Virus record (IMG/VR): IMGVR_UViG_3300008952_000067
Coordinates: 1-53,158 of that record
DNA from: a virus
Lineage: Duplodnaviria; Caudoviricetes
Reading direction: 5' to 3' (one strand)
Length of the DNA stretch: 53,158 nt
Every line of letters starts with the position of its first letter. Position 1 is the stretch's first letter. The translations under genes were made by a program, and so were the position numbers. This document shows positions 1-10,200 of this stretch, piece by piece. Below the pieces are notes generated by a model. The model searched no databases. It worked only from the letters and a program-made list of their open reading frames with translations, and was not told the DNA's origin.

Positions 1-51
1 TTACGTAACACTATAAGGATAAATAGGTTGCTACCGCTATTTTCCGTCCAA

Positions 52-321
52 TTATAACAACCAACTGACACCGGTAACAGCGTGGAATTTCTCAGCTGCT
101 TTTCTTTTAGAGTCTAGGCGGGATGCCACGGTAGAAATTGTTGCCTTAGAATTATTAAGCTCTTCATATAAAGCTCGCGAGGCATGTAGGACACCTTGTG
201 TAGCCTGAATACGCTCGGCGGTACCCTTAAGAACCACATTCGACTTCTCACCTAAAATATAGGCCGCGGCGGCCGCGTGGAAGGTCTTAAATGTAGCAAC
301 TTCTTTCTTTACATTATCCAT
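52..321 (-). CDS. Hypothetical protein (89 aa)
   Basis: ORF with SD-like GAGGTG and an upstream ATAATTA motif; co-oriented with all other genes. Confidence 0.65.
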   Translation of the reverse strand: MDNVKKEVATFKTFHAAAAAYILGEKSNVVLKGTAERIQATQGVLHASRALYEELNNSKATISTVASRLDSKRKAAEKFHAVTGVSWLL

Positions 322-350
322 ATCATCACCTCTCTATTTAATTATGGCGC

Positions 351-620
351 TCAAGAAAAACGTCTTAATCTAGCCGGTGGTGCTGGCCGATGTTTTCCTG
401 TTAATTCTCTAGCAACTGGATCATTATGATGTGCAGCCCTAGATGGAACATCACCTTGTTTAGAGGCACGCTTAATCTCAGCGCCCATCCTCTTGATAAA
501 CCATATCCTCTGCCAAACCGGTATTCCATATGCTTCCATATAGGTGAAACCCATATAGTACATTAATAAAAAGATCTGCTCTAGATAGACCTCTTTATCA
601 TTCGGCGTCAGGCCAAAAAA
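351..620 (-). CDS. Downstream frame of tail assembly chaperone (gp51-like / lambda T-like), probably expressed by frameshift from the upstream gene
   Basis: Frame FFGLTPNDKEVYLEQIFLLMYYMGFTYMEAYGIPVWQRIWF overlaps the end of 598..1473 at a T7 run. No convincing SD-led start seen. The FTYxEAYxIPVWQRxWF motif resembles tail chaperone second domains. Confidence 0.6.
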   Translation of the reverse strand, partial: FFGLTPNDKEVYLEQIFLLMYYMGFTYMEAYGIPVWQRIWFIKRMGAEIKRASKQGDVPSRAAHHNDPVARELTGKHRPAPPARLRRFS

Positions 621-1473
621 ACGAGGCACCCATCGGGAGCCGTACCTCCGATTGCTCAAGGCATGCCGGGCAATCCATCCAAGATTTCATATCAATCCCG
701 GGTTCATGCTTATCGATATAGCGCCGAAGCTCTAGAGAATCACGGGCAGGCATATTCCGAATAAACATCTGAATCTTTGTCTTATCAGCTATGCCCTCAA
801 TCGATTCAATTGCATACTGAAGGCGTGTTGTTACCAGGTTCTCGCCTGTCATACCAGACTTCTTCCGGCGTTCCGCCATTACCATAATATCCTGCTCATC
901 AGAACCTGTCAAGAACTTAAAGCGAACCTTCTTCTTCGTTATGGGAAGCTTAAACTCAAAGACATTAGATCCTAAAGCCACAGGATCAATCTCTAACCGC
1001 TTGATTGGAAGTGTGGTCAAATCAAATGACTGTTTAGATCGTTCACTGCAGGAAGGACAATCAACTTCTACCTTATAGTCGCCACCATAGCCCGTAATTC
1101 TTAATGCTGTCATAATGGCATTTCGATCACCTGCCAACATTTGATCTGGGTTTATTGAACGATCAGTTAAGCATGATTTTAGAAGATGCGAAATAACCGT
1201 ACCCTTCTTAATCAAGGCCTTGGAAGTTAAAATATCTTCTTCCCTTGCCGTCATTGCCTTAATGTCTACAGTCTCTCTTCCATGAAGGCCTTCTTCAACA
1301 GGATAGGTAACCCCTCTCGATGGTAAAGGTACTGTCTCTACAGGTACCTCAAATCCAAAATCATCCCGCATGACATTGCGAGTTGGCATGCCAGGTTGGA
1401 CATTAGGTCGTCCCTCACCAGGGCCCTGGGAAAATATTTCATTTTTCTCTGAGCGTGTTTTGTCTTCAGCCAC
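598..1473 (-). CDS. T4 gp26-like baseplate hub / tail assembly chaperone
   Basis: VPLPSRG..Y, MTAREEDIL, GDRNAI..LRI.GYG..Y, two CxxC pairs (CPSC, CPAC), ends FFWP; directly downstream of tail tube; GTG start with GGGAG SD. Confidence 0.75.
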   Translation of the reverse strand: MAEDKTRSEKNEIFSQGPGEGRPNVQPGMPTRNVMRDDFGFEVPVETVPLPSRGVTYPVEEGLHGRETVDIKAMTAREEDILTSKALIKKGTVISHLLKSCLTDRSINPDQMLAGDRNAIMTALRITGYGGDYKVEVDCPSCSERSKQSFDLTTLPIKRLEIDPVALGSNVFEFKLPITKKKVRFKFLTGSDEQDIMVMAERRKKSGMTGENLVTTRLQYAIESIEGIADKTKIQMFIRNMPARDSLELRRYIDKHEPGIDMKSWMDCPACLEQSEVRLPMGASFFWPDAE

Positions 1474-1583
1474 GTTTAACTCCCTCTTTATGATATGCTA
1501 ATATAAGCACACATCGCTTATGCATACTAACTATCATACTTTCAGAATTTGTTGTAAAACATTTTTGCAGAGCTCAGAAATGA

Positions 1584-1610
1584 CAAAAGCCGCCCAAAGG
1601 GCGGCTTTTG
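1584..1610 (-). terminator. Intrinsic terminator after tail tube (potentially bidirectional)
   Basis: CAAAAGCCGCCC-AAA-GGGCGGCTTTTG perfect inverted repeat with A/T tails. Confidence 0.85.
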
Positions 1611-1647
1611 AATATTAAACCGATATACTATTATGTCTTGAGTAGTA

Positions 1648-2136
1648 TTAGTACTGAAGGACGCAGTTATCGAAACGAATCGAAAGCGAAATCTCTGATG
1701 GATCCTCTGCACCATAGTCCAGGTCGCCGAAGCCGGCAGACTCAAGAAAACAGCCCTTAAGGTCCCAGAGCTCAACGACGGTACCTACAGGATCAAGCAA
1801 CTTAAGTTGACAATCACGCTTGTAGAAATCAGCATAACCAGCTCGGCCAGAGACAGACTCAAAGTGAGTCCGGACCCACTCCATCACCTGTTGTGCTCCA
1901 GAAGGTGCAATTGGATCATGTAGTGTGCAACTGATCGCGTCAAACTTGGTTTTACCGGCAATCCAACGAGTCGAATTCATGTAAGGGATTTCCATCCCTG
2001 CAGTGTTGACCGTTGGGCGAGCCGCAGTCTTCATCAGAAATGCGTCAATACCCTCTATAGCAAATACCCATCTAAACTTGCGCTTAGGCTCAAACTTATT
2101 GGGTAGCATATCAGTGACGGAAAGTGTTTCAGCCAT
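1648..2136 (-). CDS. Tail tube protein (T4 gp19-like)
   Basis: 162 aa; FEPKRKFRW, LHDPIAPSGAQQVMEW, GYADFYKRD..L.LLDPVG..VE.W.L.G motifs; directly after sheath genes. Confidence 0.9.
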   Translation of the reverse strand: MAETLSVTDMLPNKFEPKRKFRWVFAIEGIDAFLMKTAARPTVNTAGMEIPYMNSTRWIAGKTKFDAISCTLHDPIAPSGAQQVMEWVRTHFESVSGRAGYADFYKRDCQLKLLDPVGTVVELWDLKGCFLESAGFGDLDYGAEDPSEISLSIRFDNCVLQY

Positions 2137-2188
2137 TTTTAGTAACTCCTATTATCTTCACGATTATAATTATTCCGCTACTGCAGAA

Positions 2189-5100
2189 TTATACCTCCAT
2201 CCCAGCATTTGTAACAACAAAATCAAGTGAGATGAATTCGACAGTCCTGGTCGGCTGCAAGAATATCTTGCCCCTAACAGTATTATTCTCAATATCTGCC
2301 TGCGTAGTGGTTGTGGTATCAATGATCACCTTGAACTTATCAAGACCCTGTTGTGCTTGGATTCTTTGTAGGATCGGATTGACCGATGCTGAGAACCTGC
2401 CCAACGTTTCTGCCCTGTTTGGCTCAAAGAGAAGATTATTACCAACTCGACGGACCTCGCGACGAATCTCAATGAGAAGTCGTCTAACATTAACTCTATC
2501 TAGTGCGCTCTTAGCCTGTTGCAGCGTCTTCTGACCCCATACCACCACCCCAGGGGTATGTGGGAAGGCCGCCAGAGGATTCATATCAGATTCATATAGT
2601 GTATCCAGGTTCACTCTACTCAGCTTCACCTGCGTCTCGACAACACTCTTAAGTGCGCCGCGGGTAAATCCTGCGGGTGCGAACCAGGGATGAGCAACAG
2701 AATCATTTAATGAGAATGCACCAAGTACCGCAACCGATGGTGGGCATTGGACATTCGACTGTGTCGCCGGATCCGTTATAACAACATCAGGGAAGTAGGC
2801 CGCGGCAAAAGAGGAATCGATATTTCTACCAGAGAAATTCTCAACCGTCAAATTAACACCTGGCTTCTGAGTCGAATAATCTAGCATTAGCTCATTGCTA
2901 ACTGATCTTTCTTCTACGTCCATGATGTACATGGCATCAAAGCGGGACTCTACTGCATCAATTGCGTAATCAGTTACTGCCTCAACTCGGAGACCCGGGA
3001 TGGCAAGGAGCTTAATATCAACATCGGCTTTTTCAGCCATGACGTCAATAGCCTTCCTATATGCAGCAACTGTGTTACCAGATGTACCACCCTGGCCTGC
3101 AACATCTCCCATCTCCCAATTTGCAGCTTCATTTAAGAGTTGATCTTTTTCCTTTCGGAAAATGCTTGTTCCATCGAACCCACCCTGCATAAAGAATGAG
3201 AACTTAGCAAATCGCCGAATGGCAGGATCAATTAAGTCTGTTTTGGGATCAAGGAATCTGGATCCCACTGTAGCATCACCTGAGTCTAGAACATCCGCGT
3301 GGGCGGTATCTACGCTTCCATCAAAGATGTTTAATCCCTCGAGTGTCTTGATACCAGCGCTTAGTACACCATCGCGGCGGTACTCTGCGACGGCCCATTG
3401 TTTTCCATCAACCTTACCGTATACACTTGGATTCTTTGAACTCGGTGTAAGCGGATACTTGGTGACAACCTGAACTCGTTCAAGGCTGAACATATTATTA
3501 TTAAAGCGGTCTGCATCAAGTACCGAACCATAGAGGTCAGTTGCACCCTCATTGTCTCCAATCCAAGGATTAAGACTAGAAGAATGATACATCGGAAAAT
3601 ACTTACCGTAAGAAAGTATAGATGCGTTGAACTTAAGGTTCTTATTCGGCTCGTCCTGGTCATCATCTACCTGGAACATTGTACCCCAGTATAGTCCTGA
3701 GTCGGGACGTCTCTTTGCAAGGGTTCCTTGTGCGAGGTGGCGCCTCATTGGTACCGGTGGTACCTTAGCCCGACATAGGGGGGATACGCCGGCGACCTGG
3801 GGAAGACTATCATACGCTACGTTTTCAAGTAACGCTGAAACAACTCCTGCTTCGGAAGCCGCTGCAGTAGCATGTGCGTCCGTCCAGAGGTGCCAATAAC
3901 CGCGATAGCCCATAGGTAATGCTTCTGCAGCAACTGTCCCTGCATTAACCTCAGGATCCATCTCGACCCTAATATACTTAGAGCGGTTAGGGTGGATTCC
4001 ATCTATGACTAGTTTTTGAGATCCTTCTCGTTTATCAAAGTCATACCAGGCGTGTTGATCACCAATTACCCGAGCGATATATCGTTCAGAGGATGGGTTA
4101 AGATCCAGTCCAAAGAATTTCTCATAAGCTACTACATTAGTATCATCATCATCGATCGCTCGAACCAGTAAGTCAAATGTACCATACCCAGCGCTCGAAT
4201 CCATCATGACACCCTCAATTGAGAGCTTAAACTTACCGCTGCCAGCAACACCATCATCTAGTGCATGGAGGCGGAAGAGATTCTTTGGCTTTCCACCGAA
4301 GAGTTGTGATATTACCCAGGGTGAGCGTGCAGTGCGGTAGCGGTCTTCATGAGACTCATAATCAACAACATCTGCTTGGACTCCAGCCTCAAGTACCTGT
4401 GCATCGCGGTGGACGTCGGTTACACCGTGGAGTAGGAAGGCTGCTTCTAGCATATTTCTTCCGTCTGGTGCCGCTGCAGCCACCGGGCCAAGGCCCTCTG
4501 CATCAACAGTTGCATATGACTGGTACACATTATAGTGTGTGTGGACATAATGGCCTGCCTTCTCAATGCATGCTGCATCGTGATTGAAGACATTCATAAA
4601 GTAGTCAGGTGCTTGTGGATCCATGGATGCGGTCAAAATATTCGGATATTCCGGAGTAGCAGTATGACCGTTCAACAGGAGGGTAAATCGCTCTTGGGTA
4701 CCGTCTACTACGACTGAGCCGAACCGGGCGCCGGCCGGTCCAGTTGCAGCGGCAACATTAGCAAAATCATTCTGTGTAACTGTAGCCGTTGGTGTTTGAA
4801 CCGCGCGGAGGTCGGAGCCCCCTGCGGTGTCGGCTTGGGCACCAACCAGCGATGGACGTACACCTTGAGGGGCATACATGACCGCTCTAATAATTGGCCA
4901 AGCGCCGCCAAGGGGCCCAGTTACGCTAGTATCAATACCAGCATCTGCCCAAGCTCCATGTTCTGGGGTTGGATCCTCGCCGGTATCTCCACCGCCTGTG
5001 AAATCGACTGGTGTTATATTAGTCGGTACCGACCCGCCTCCGCCAGGCTCTGCGCCGGCGGCACCTGCTCTAGCTTCAGCGCTTGGGTTCTGATCTTCGG

Positions 5101-7162
5101 TAACCACCACAAATGATGTGGTATTGGCATTTTGTATGGTAACGGCCCCTGCAGTCTTTTGTACAACATGTAGACCTGCAGCACCATCATCAGTAACGGT
5201 AACATCCAAAAGCCCGATTGCCGCAGCAAGTTCCCCTGCTAGCGCGGGGCTCGTCGTTTGAGTGTGGCCATCTTCAGATGAGTCGACTGTTGCGTCATCC
5301 GTTCCGTTGATTTCAACATTACCAGGATTTAAGACCACGCGTGGGCTGACTGCCGATAAGACGGTCTCAGTTTGAGTTATTGTCAATGGATCACCACCAT
5401 CGTGGGCGACGGTTAGGGACAGGCCGATACATTGATCTAAAGCGTCTGCTAACTTTGCGGCCGGAGTAGCAAGGGCGGTGAGTGTTGCATGGTCGAGGTC
5501 GACAGTAACATCTTGTCCAGCACCGGCTGTATAGTCAGCGCCGGCGCCACCATCTTCAACAAAAGATATAGTAGCTGTTTGACTCAAGGCCCCGGTGGCA
5601 TCAACAGTTTGAATTTGTACAGAGTCTCCAGCATGCCATTCAGCCGCAGGATTATCAAATGTTATAATATCAGTTGCTGCTACCGAAGGTGCAGTACCAA
5701 TCTGGCTAGCTACGCCAGCTGAAACGGATATTGCGCTCGTTCTATCAGTTGTTAAGTTAATCACATGGGTTGTTCCAGCATGATCCTCTATTGTAATTGA
5801 TGTAGTTTCACCAACACCAGGTAGTGCGCCGACAGCGATAGTTGCCTCATCGATAGCCCAGTCCCAAGTAATAGAAGCATTACCAGCATCACCATCAGCA
5901 ACATCGTTACCGTCGATCCCGGTTGTACCTTGGGTTACCGTCAAGACGCCCGCATCACTTGTGAAGACGAGGTCTGCAGTAACTCCGGAGCGTGCTGTCG
6001 CAGTAACAATCGCTGCTGCCAGAGCTGTCTCATCAAGTTCAAGGCCTCCGCCAATATTGGTCGAACCATCAGGAGCAACCACGGTAACACCCCCACTAAT
6101 TAGCGCGCCGCCATCAGGCTCATCGTCATTATTACCAAACTCGGTAAGTGTTAGTGGAAGGGTTCCGTCACCAGGATCGGCACCGACCTCGATACCGATA
6201 GCTGGGACAGCAGTAACAGAATCTAATATACACGTTCTAAGCTCTGCAGCAATACCTGCCGGAGTACCAGACACAGTATTAACTTGGCCAGGAGTAGATG
6301 CATCAGCCATAGCAGAGGTTCCTACACCAGACTCAAACTTAGCCAGGAACTTGTCGCCGCCCTGGTCAGTTAACTCAATATATGTACCTTCAAGAGCAGC
6401 AACATCAGCAATCGTAAGAGTTGCTACCCCGCGGTTTCCAACAGAAACCATGGTATTACTAGCGTCTTCATAAGCAGCTAAATCATTTGCTCCTGCAACA
6501 TTGCCGTGAGTCGTCCTATCATCAGGCCCTTCATGGAGCCATAAATAGTGATCAAGGCCTGCAGAGTCTGTTAATTTAACCCCTTCACCGGTGCCGGCAG
6601 CAAAATCAGCCACTGTTAATGGCGTTACAAATGTGAGTGTGGCCGTCGCGGCAACTCCACCTTCATCACCATAGGCTTCTCTCATCAAAGCGCCAAGGAA
6701 GTATGTTCGACCTGGGCACTGAGGTTGCTCAACACCTGCGCTCCAGACTACATCCCCGCCGTTAACGCCGGCATATGGGTTATTTCCAAGGATACCAGGT
6801 CCAGAGGGATCGTCCGTTGCTTGAGGAAGCGAACTACCAACTACGAAGCCGGCATTTGTAACCTCACCATCGGTACCTCTCTTCTTAGCATTACCAGCGC
6901 CTAAGACGCGGACGAAGGTACCAGCTCTGGCATTCTTCATCCACTCATTCATTGCTAGCGGGGCAAACTTCTTTCCATCGGTCCCCCCGAATTCTGCAAC
7001 GAAATCTTGGTATGTAGCTACTGTGACCGGTACAAACGCCGGGCCCTTTTGAGAAGTACCAACGACTCCGGCCGGAATCCCCTGCGGCTTTACGGCAGTG
7101 GGTCCGCTGAGGTCTATTTCTCTAGTGCTTACTCCAGCACTCTTAAATGTAAGTTCAGCCAT
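2189..7162 (-). CDS. Tail sheath protein 2 (gp18-like, 1657 aa, with large accessory insertion)
   Basis: N-term SAGVSTREIDLS...GPAFVP; C-term PWFAPAGFTRG, WGQKTLQ..SALDRVNVRRLL, FEPN, LQPTRTVEFI. Confidence 0.95.
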   Translation of the reverse strand: MAELTFKSAGVSTREIDLSGPTAVKPQGIPAGVVGTSQKGPAFVPVTVATYQDFVAEFGGTDGKKFAPLAMNEWMKNARAGTFVRVLGAGNAKKRGTDGEVTNAGFVVGSSLPQATDDPSGPGILGNNPYAGVNGGDVVWSAGVEQPQCPGRTYFLGALMREAYGDEGGVAATATLTFVTPLTVADFAAGTGEGVKLTDSAGLDHYLWLHEGPDDRTTHGNVAGANDLAAYEDASNTMVSVGNRGVATLTIADVAALEGTYIELTDQGGDKFLAKFESGVGTSAMADASTPGQVNTVSGTPAGIAAELRTCILDSVTAVPAIGIEVGADPGDGTLPLTLTEFGNNDDEPDGGALISGGVTVVAPDGSTNIGGGLELDETALAAAIVTATARSGVTADLVFTSDAGVLTVTQGTTGIDGNDVADGDAGNASITWDWAIDEATIAVGALPGVGETTSITIEDHAGTTHVINLTTDRTSAISVSAGVASQIGTAPSVAATDIITFDNPAAEWHAGDSVQIQTVDATGALSQTATISFVEDGGAGADYTAGAGQDVTVDLDHATLTALATPAAKLADALDQCIGLSLTVAHDGGDPLTITQTETVLSAVSPRVVLNPGNVEINGTDDATVDSSEDGHTQTTSPALAGELAAAIGLLDVTVTDDGAAGLHVVQKTAGAVTIQNANTTSFVVVTEDQNPSAEARAGAAGAEPGGGGSVPTNITPVDFTGGGDTGEDPTPEHGAWADAGIDTSVTGPLGGAWPIIRAVMYAPQGVRPSLVGAQADTAGGSDLRAVQTPTATVTQNDFANVAAATGPAGARFGSVVVDGTQERFTLLLNGHTATPEYPNILTASMDPQAPDYFMNVFNHDAACIEKAGHYVHTHYNVYQSYATVDAEGLGPVAAAAPDGRNMLEAAFLLHGVTDVHRDAQVLEAGVQADVVDYESHEDRYRTARSPWVISQLFGGKPKNLFRLHALDDGVAGSGKFKLSIEGVMMDSSAGYGTFDLLVRAIDDDDTNVVAYEKFFGLDLNPSSERYIARVIGDQHAWYDFDKREGSQKLVIDGIHPNRSKYIRVEMDPEVNAGTVAAEALPMGYRGYWHLWTDAHATAAASEAGVVSALLENVAYDSLPQVAGVSPLCRAKVPPVPMRRHLAQGTLAKRRPDSGLYWGTMFQVDDDQDEPNKNLKFNASILSYGKYFPMYHSSSLNPWIGDNEGATDLYGSVLDADRFNNNMFSLERVQVVTKYPLTPSSKNPSVYGKVDGKQWAVAEYRRDGVLSAGIKTLEGLNIFDGSVDTAHADVLDSGDATVGSRFLDPKTDLIDPAIRRFAKFSFFMQGGFDGTSIFRKEKDQLLNEAANWEMGDVAGQGGTSGNTVAAYRKAIDVMAEKADVDIKLLAIPGLRVEAVTDYAIDAVESRFDAMYIMDVEERSVSNELMLDYSTQKPGVNLTVENFSGRNIDSSFAAAYFPDVVITDPATQSNVQCPPSVAVLGAFSLNDSVAHPWFAPAGFTRGALKSVVETQVKLSRVNLDTLYESDMNPLAAFPHTPGVVVWGQKTLQQAKSALDRVNVRRLLIEIRREVRRVGNNLLFEPNRAETLGRFSASVNPILQRIQAQQGLDKFKVIIDTTTTTQADIENNTVRGKIFLQPTRTVEFISLDFVVTNAGMEV

Positions 7163-7210
7163 TGTATTTTGCTCCTACCTGTTCAAAAGCTTTTCTAATA
7201 TAGGTATTCA

Positions 7211-10200
7211 TTATTCGAACATTACCCCGCTCTTTGTGATGATAAAGTCGATTGCGATAAACTCGATTGCCCGAGTTGGTACCACAACGATTCTACCATT
7301 CAACCGATTATTGTCATAATCTTCAATCGTATTGTTCGTATCATCCATAACAACCTGGAATGACTCAACACCAGCTTGTGCCTGTACTAAAGCCAAAAGT
7401 GGCTGTACAGCGCCAATAAATCGAGCTCTTGTTTGTGGGGTGTTCGGTTCGAAAAGAATGTTATTAGCGACAGAAACAATTAGTCTCTTTACCTCTAAAA
7501 GCATTCGTCGAACATTAACTCTATCCAAAGCAGACTTCTTCATCTGCATTGTTTTTTGCCCGAAGATTACGAATCCAGCATTGGGGAAAACCGCAATTGG
7601 ATTAATACGCGAGTCATAGAGGTTATCTCTATCACCAGCGGTCAATCTAGTTGTTACATTCGAAACCATGTCAAGCGCTCCGCGATTAAAACCAGCCGGT
7701 GCAAACCATGGATAAGCTACCTTATCGTTGTATGCCAGTGATGCCAGCGCTGCAATAGAGGCCGGGACGCGTACCTTAAGGTTATTCAGTGGATCGTCGA
7801 TGTAAACATCGGGGAAGTATGTTGCGCTATAGTTATTATCGAGCGCTCTACTTTCGAAAGCCTCTGCTGTCTCCCTAACATCTGGCTTAAGAAGCGAGTG
7901 GGAAGGAGTACCAGCAAAAAGTCTTGTATTGTCCTCAGTAAAGTATGGAATATCCATCAAGTAAATTGCCTTGCTGTACGCCTTTGTGCGATCAGCAGCA
8001 TGAGATGTAACATACGCATCGCGGATACCTGGGATACAAAGAATATTGGTGTTCACAGTCATCGCGTCTGTCATCATATTTACAGCCTTACGATAAGATG
8101 CAACGATATTATTCTCTCTACCAGCGCCGGAAGTGTTATTCGGCTCTACTGGATCAGTATCAGGCTCGGTCATATCTTTTGCATGTAAGAGACCATCATC
8201 GAGGAAATCGGAGCGCGCTTTTCCATCATCATCAGATGAGCTAGCACGATCGTTCATTCTAGAGATATCGTAATCAAGAGTATTTACTCCATCATGACCA
8301 CCGTAGAAAATTGTGGTGAACTTACAATACTCGCTAAATCGATTGAACTTTATCTTGTTATTATGTACCAGCGTCGCTAGCGTCATTCTGGGTCTCACTG
8401 CTGGAGATGAATCTAAGAGAAGAGCATCTTCAATACAGTAAGTTGACGAATCAACGACACCATTTCGGATATACGCAGCCTCTAACATATGGGCACCAAC
8501 AGAGCCGGTTATTTCTGCTTCAATAGCACCGGCATCACCCTGTAGATCTCTTAATGTACCATCTGCTTCGCTAATGGGATTCGAGAAAGCGACCCGGGCG
8601 AGGGTGAACTTATTATTATTAAGATCATCAGCACCGGAACCAGTTGTGACATTGTCCAGTTTAGCAATACCCTGGAACCTTGTGTATGCAGCTACCAGTG
8701 GGTTAGCCTTTGAGCTAACGTTGGCATTTAATGCAGCATTACTCATACTACCAGTCTCAGGAGTTCTTGTGGTCTTAACACCCCAGTAAAATCTGGAGTC
8801 TGCACGCTCATTATCGCCTGGGTGACCGATGAAACTATGATCGCCACCTCCATTACGAGTTGCGTCTAGATCAGCCTCTTCACCAGCATAAACAGAACCG
8901 CGGGAACACTTAAACCTAAAAGGTAGAGGTGGAACGATCGCAGATACTAGGCCTGTTTCCGTTTGATCATCTCCGCCAGCCAAGGCAGTATCGCCAGCAG
9001 CGTTATCCGGATCATGGCCAAATAGTCTCCAGCCTGTACCGGCTCCGTTACCAGCTTCCGCGACGGCGACTGCGGCGGCATCAGCATGGAGAAGGGCGGA
9101 TGGGTTTGCATGAGCATCAGTCCCATCAGAAAGTAACTGATTCGTCTTAAGGGCAGGTACTCCGCGGAACCCGAAGGGTAACATATCCTTGGGAAGACAT
9201 GCATCACCGCTATCAACGAGATCATTCATTAAGACTCGTACAACAGAAGATCTATTGGGGTACTTACCACTGATTACCATACGACGTTCTTCATCGTCCT
9301 CAGCATCAAAATCAAATAGGACCTTATAATCACCAATTTGGCGAGCTATGTATCGGTCACTCTGAGGGTCGAGGTTACATTCAGGATAACTCTCAAGTAC
9401 TTCTTTTTGTAGGTCAGTATCGCTAAACTTACGAATCTGGACTTCAAATGTTCCATACTCATATGCCGGATCCGTTGAAGCACGGAGATTTGCAATCGAT
9501 ACTTTTAGTTTATCATTTGCCCATGCACCATCAGAGAGGGACTCAAATCGGAATAACTCATATTCAGTACCCCCGTACGGCTGCGATATGATCCAGGAAG
9601 TTGTTGGAGTTGTATATCTCGTGTCGAACCGTCCAAAAGACTGGAGGTACTCTCTCTGACCTGCAGCCTGGGTGTCACCATCACGGTCTGAGTAGTTCGC
9701 TTTATGGCCTCTAAGAAGTGCAACGGAGTGTGTTGTCTCATCAACAGAAGCCAACTCAGCCTCAACAGCATAGTCACACCAAAGAAGATGCTCATGCTCT
9801 TGGAACTTATCAGGATCTGTATTTAGAATTTTTCCGATATATGACACGTTCGACGGATCAAGGGATGCTGTCATAACTCGTAAGCCAGGCACTCCTTCAT
9901 CTCGACCATAATCAACACCGGTTGAAGATGAGAGGATCAGTTTAAACGTTCCTCGGTCGGATGTGCTAGCATCATGTGCAACAATTGTTGCATAATCATT
10001 AGGCGCAGTAGACGCCCAGGCAACAGCCGACAAATCTTGATCACCATCTGCGATCAAAAGCCTAGTGCCGGATGATACCATAATGGAGGCGCGGACTAGG
10101 TTAACCATGTTATCATCGGCGCCGTCAGAATCCATACTATCATTGTCAGTAAAGACTGGGAACCCTTCGGATTCCATAACTTTCACCTCATGGCGGGCTA

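Noticed and set aside
1542-1775. 77-aa minus-strand ORF overlapping the tail tube end
   Set aside because: Crosses a strong terminator and overlaps the tube gene out of frame
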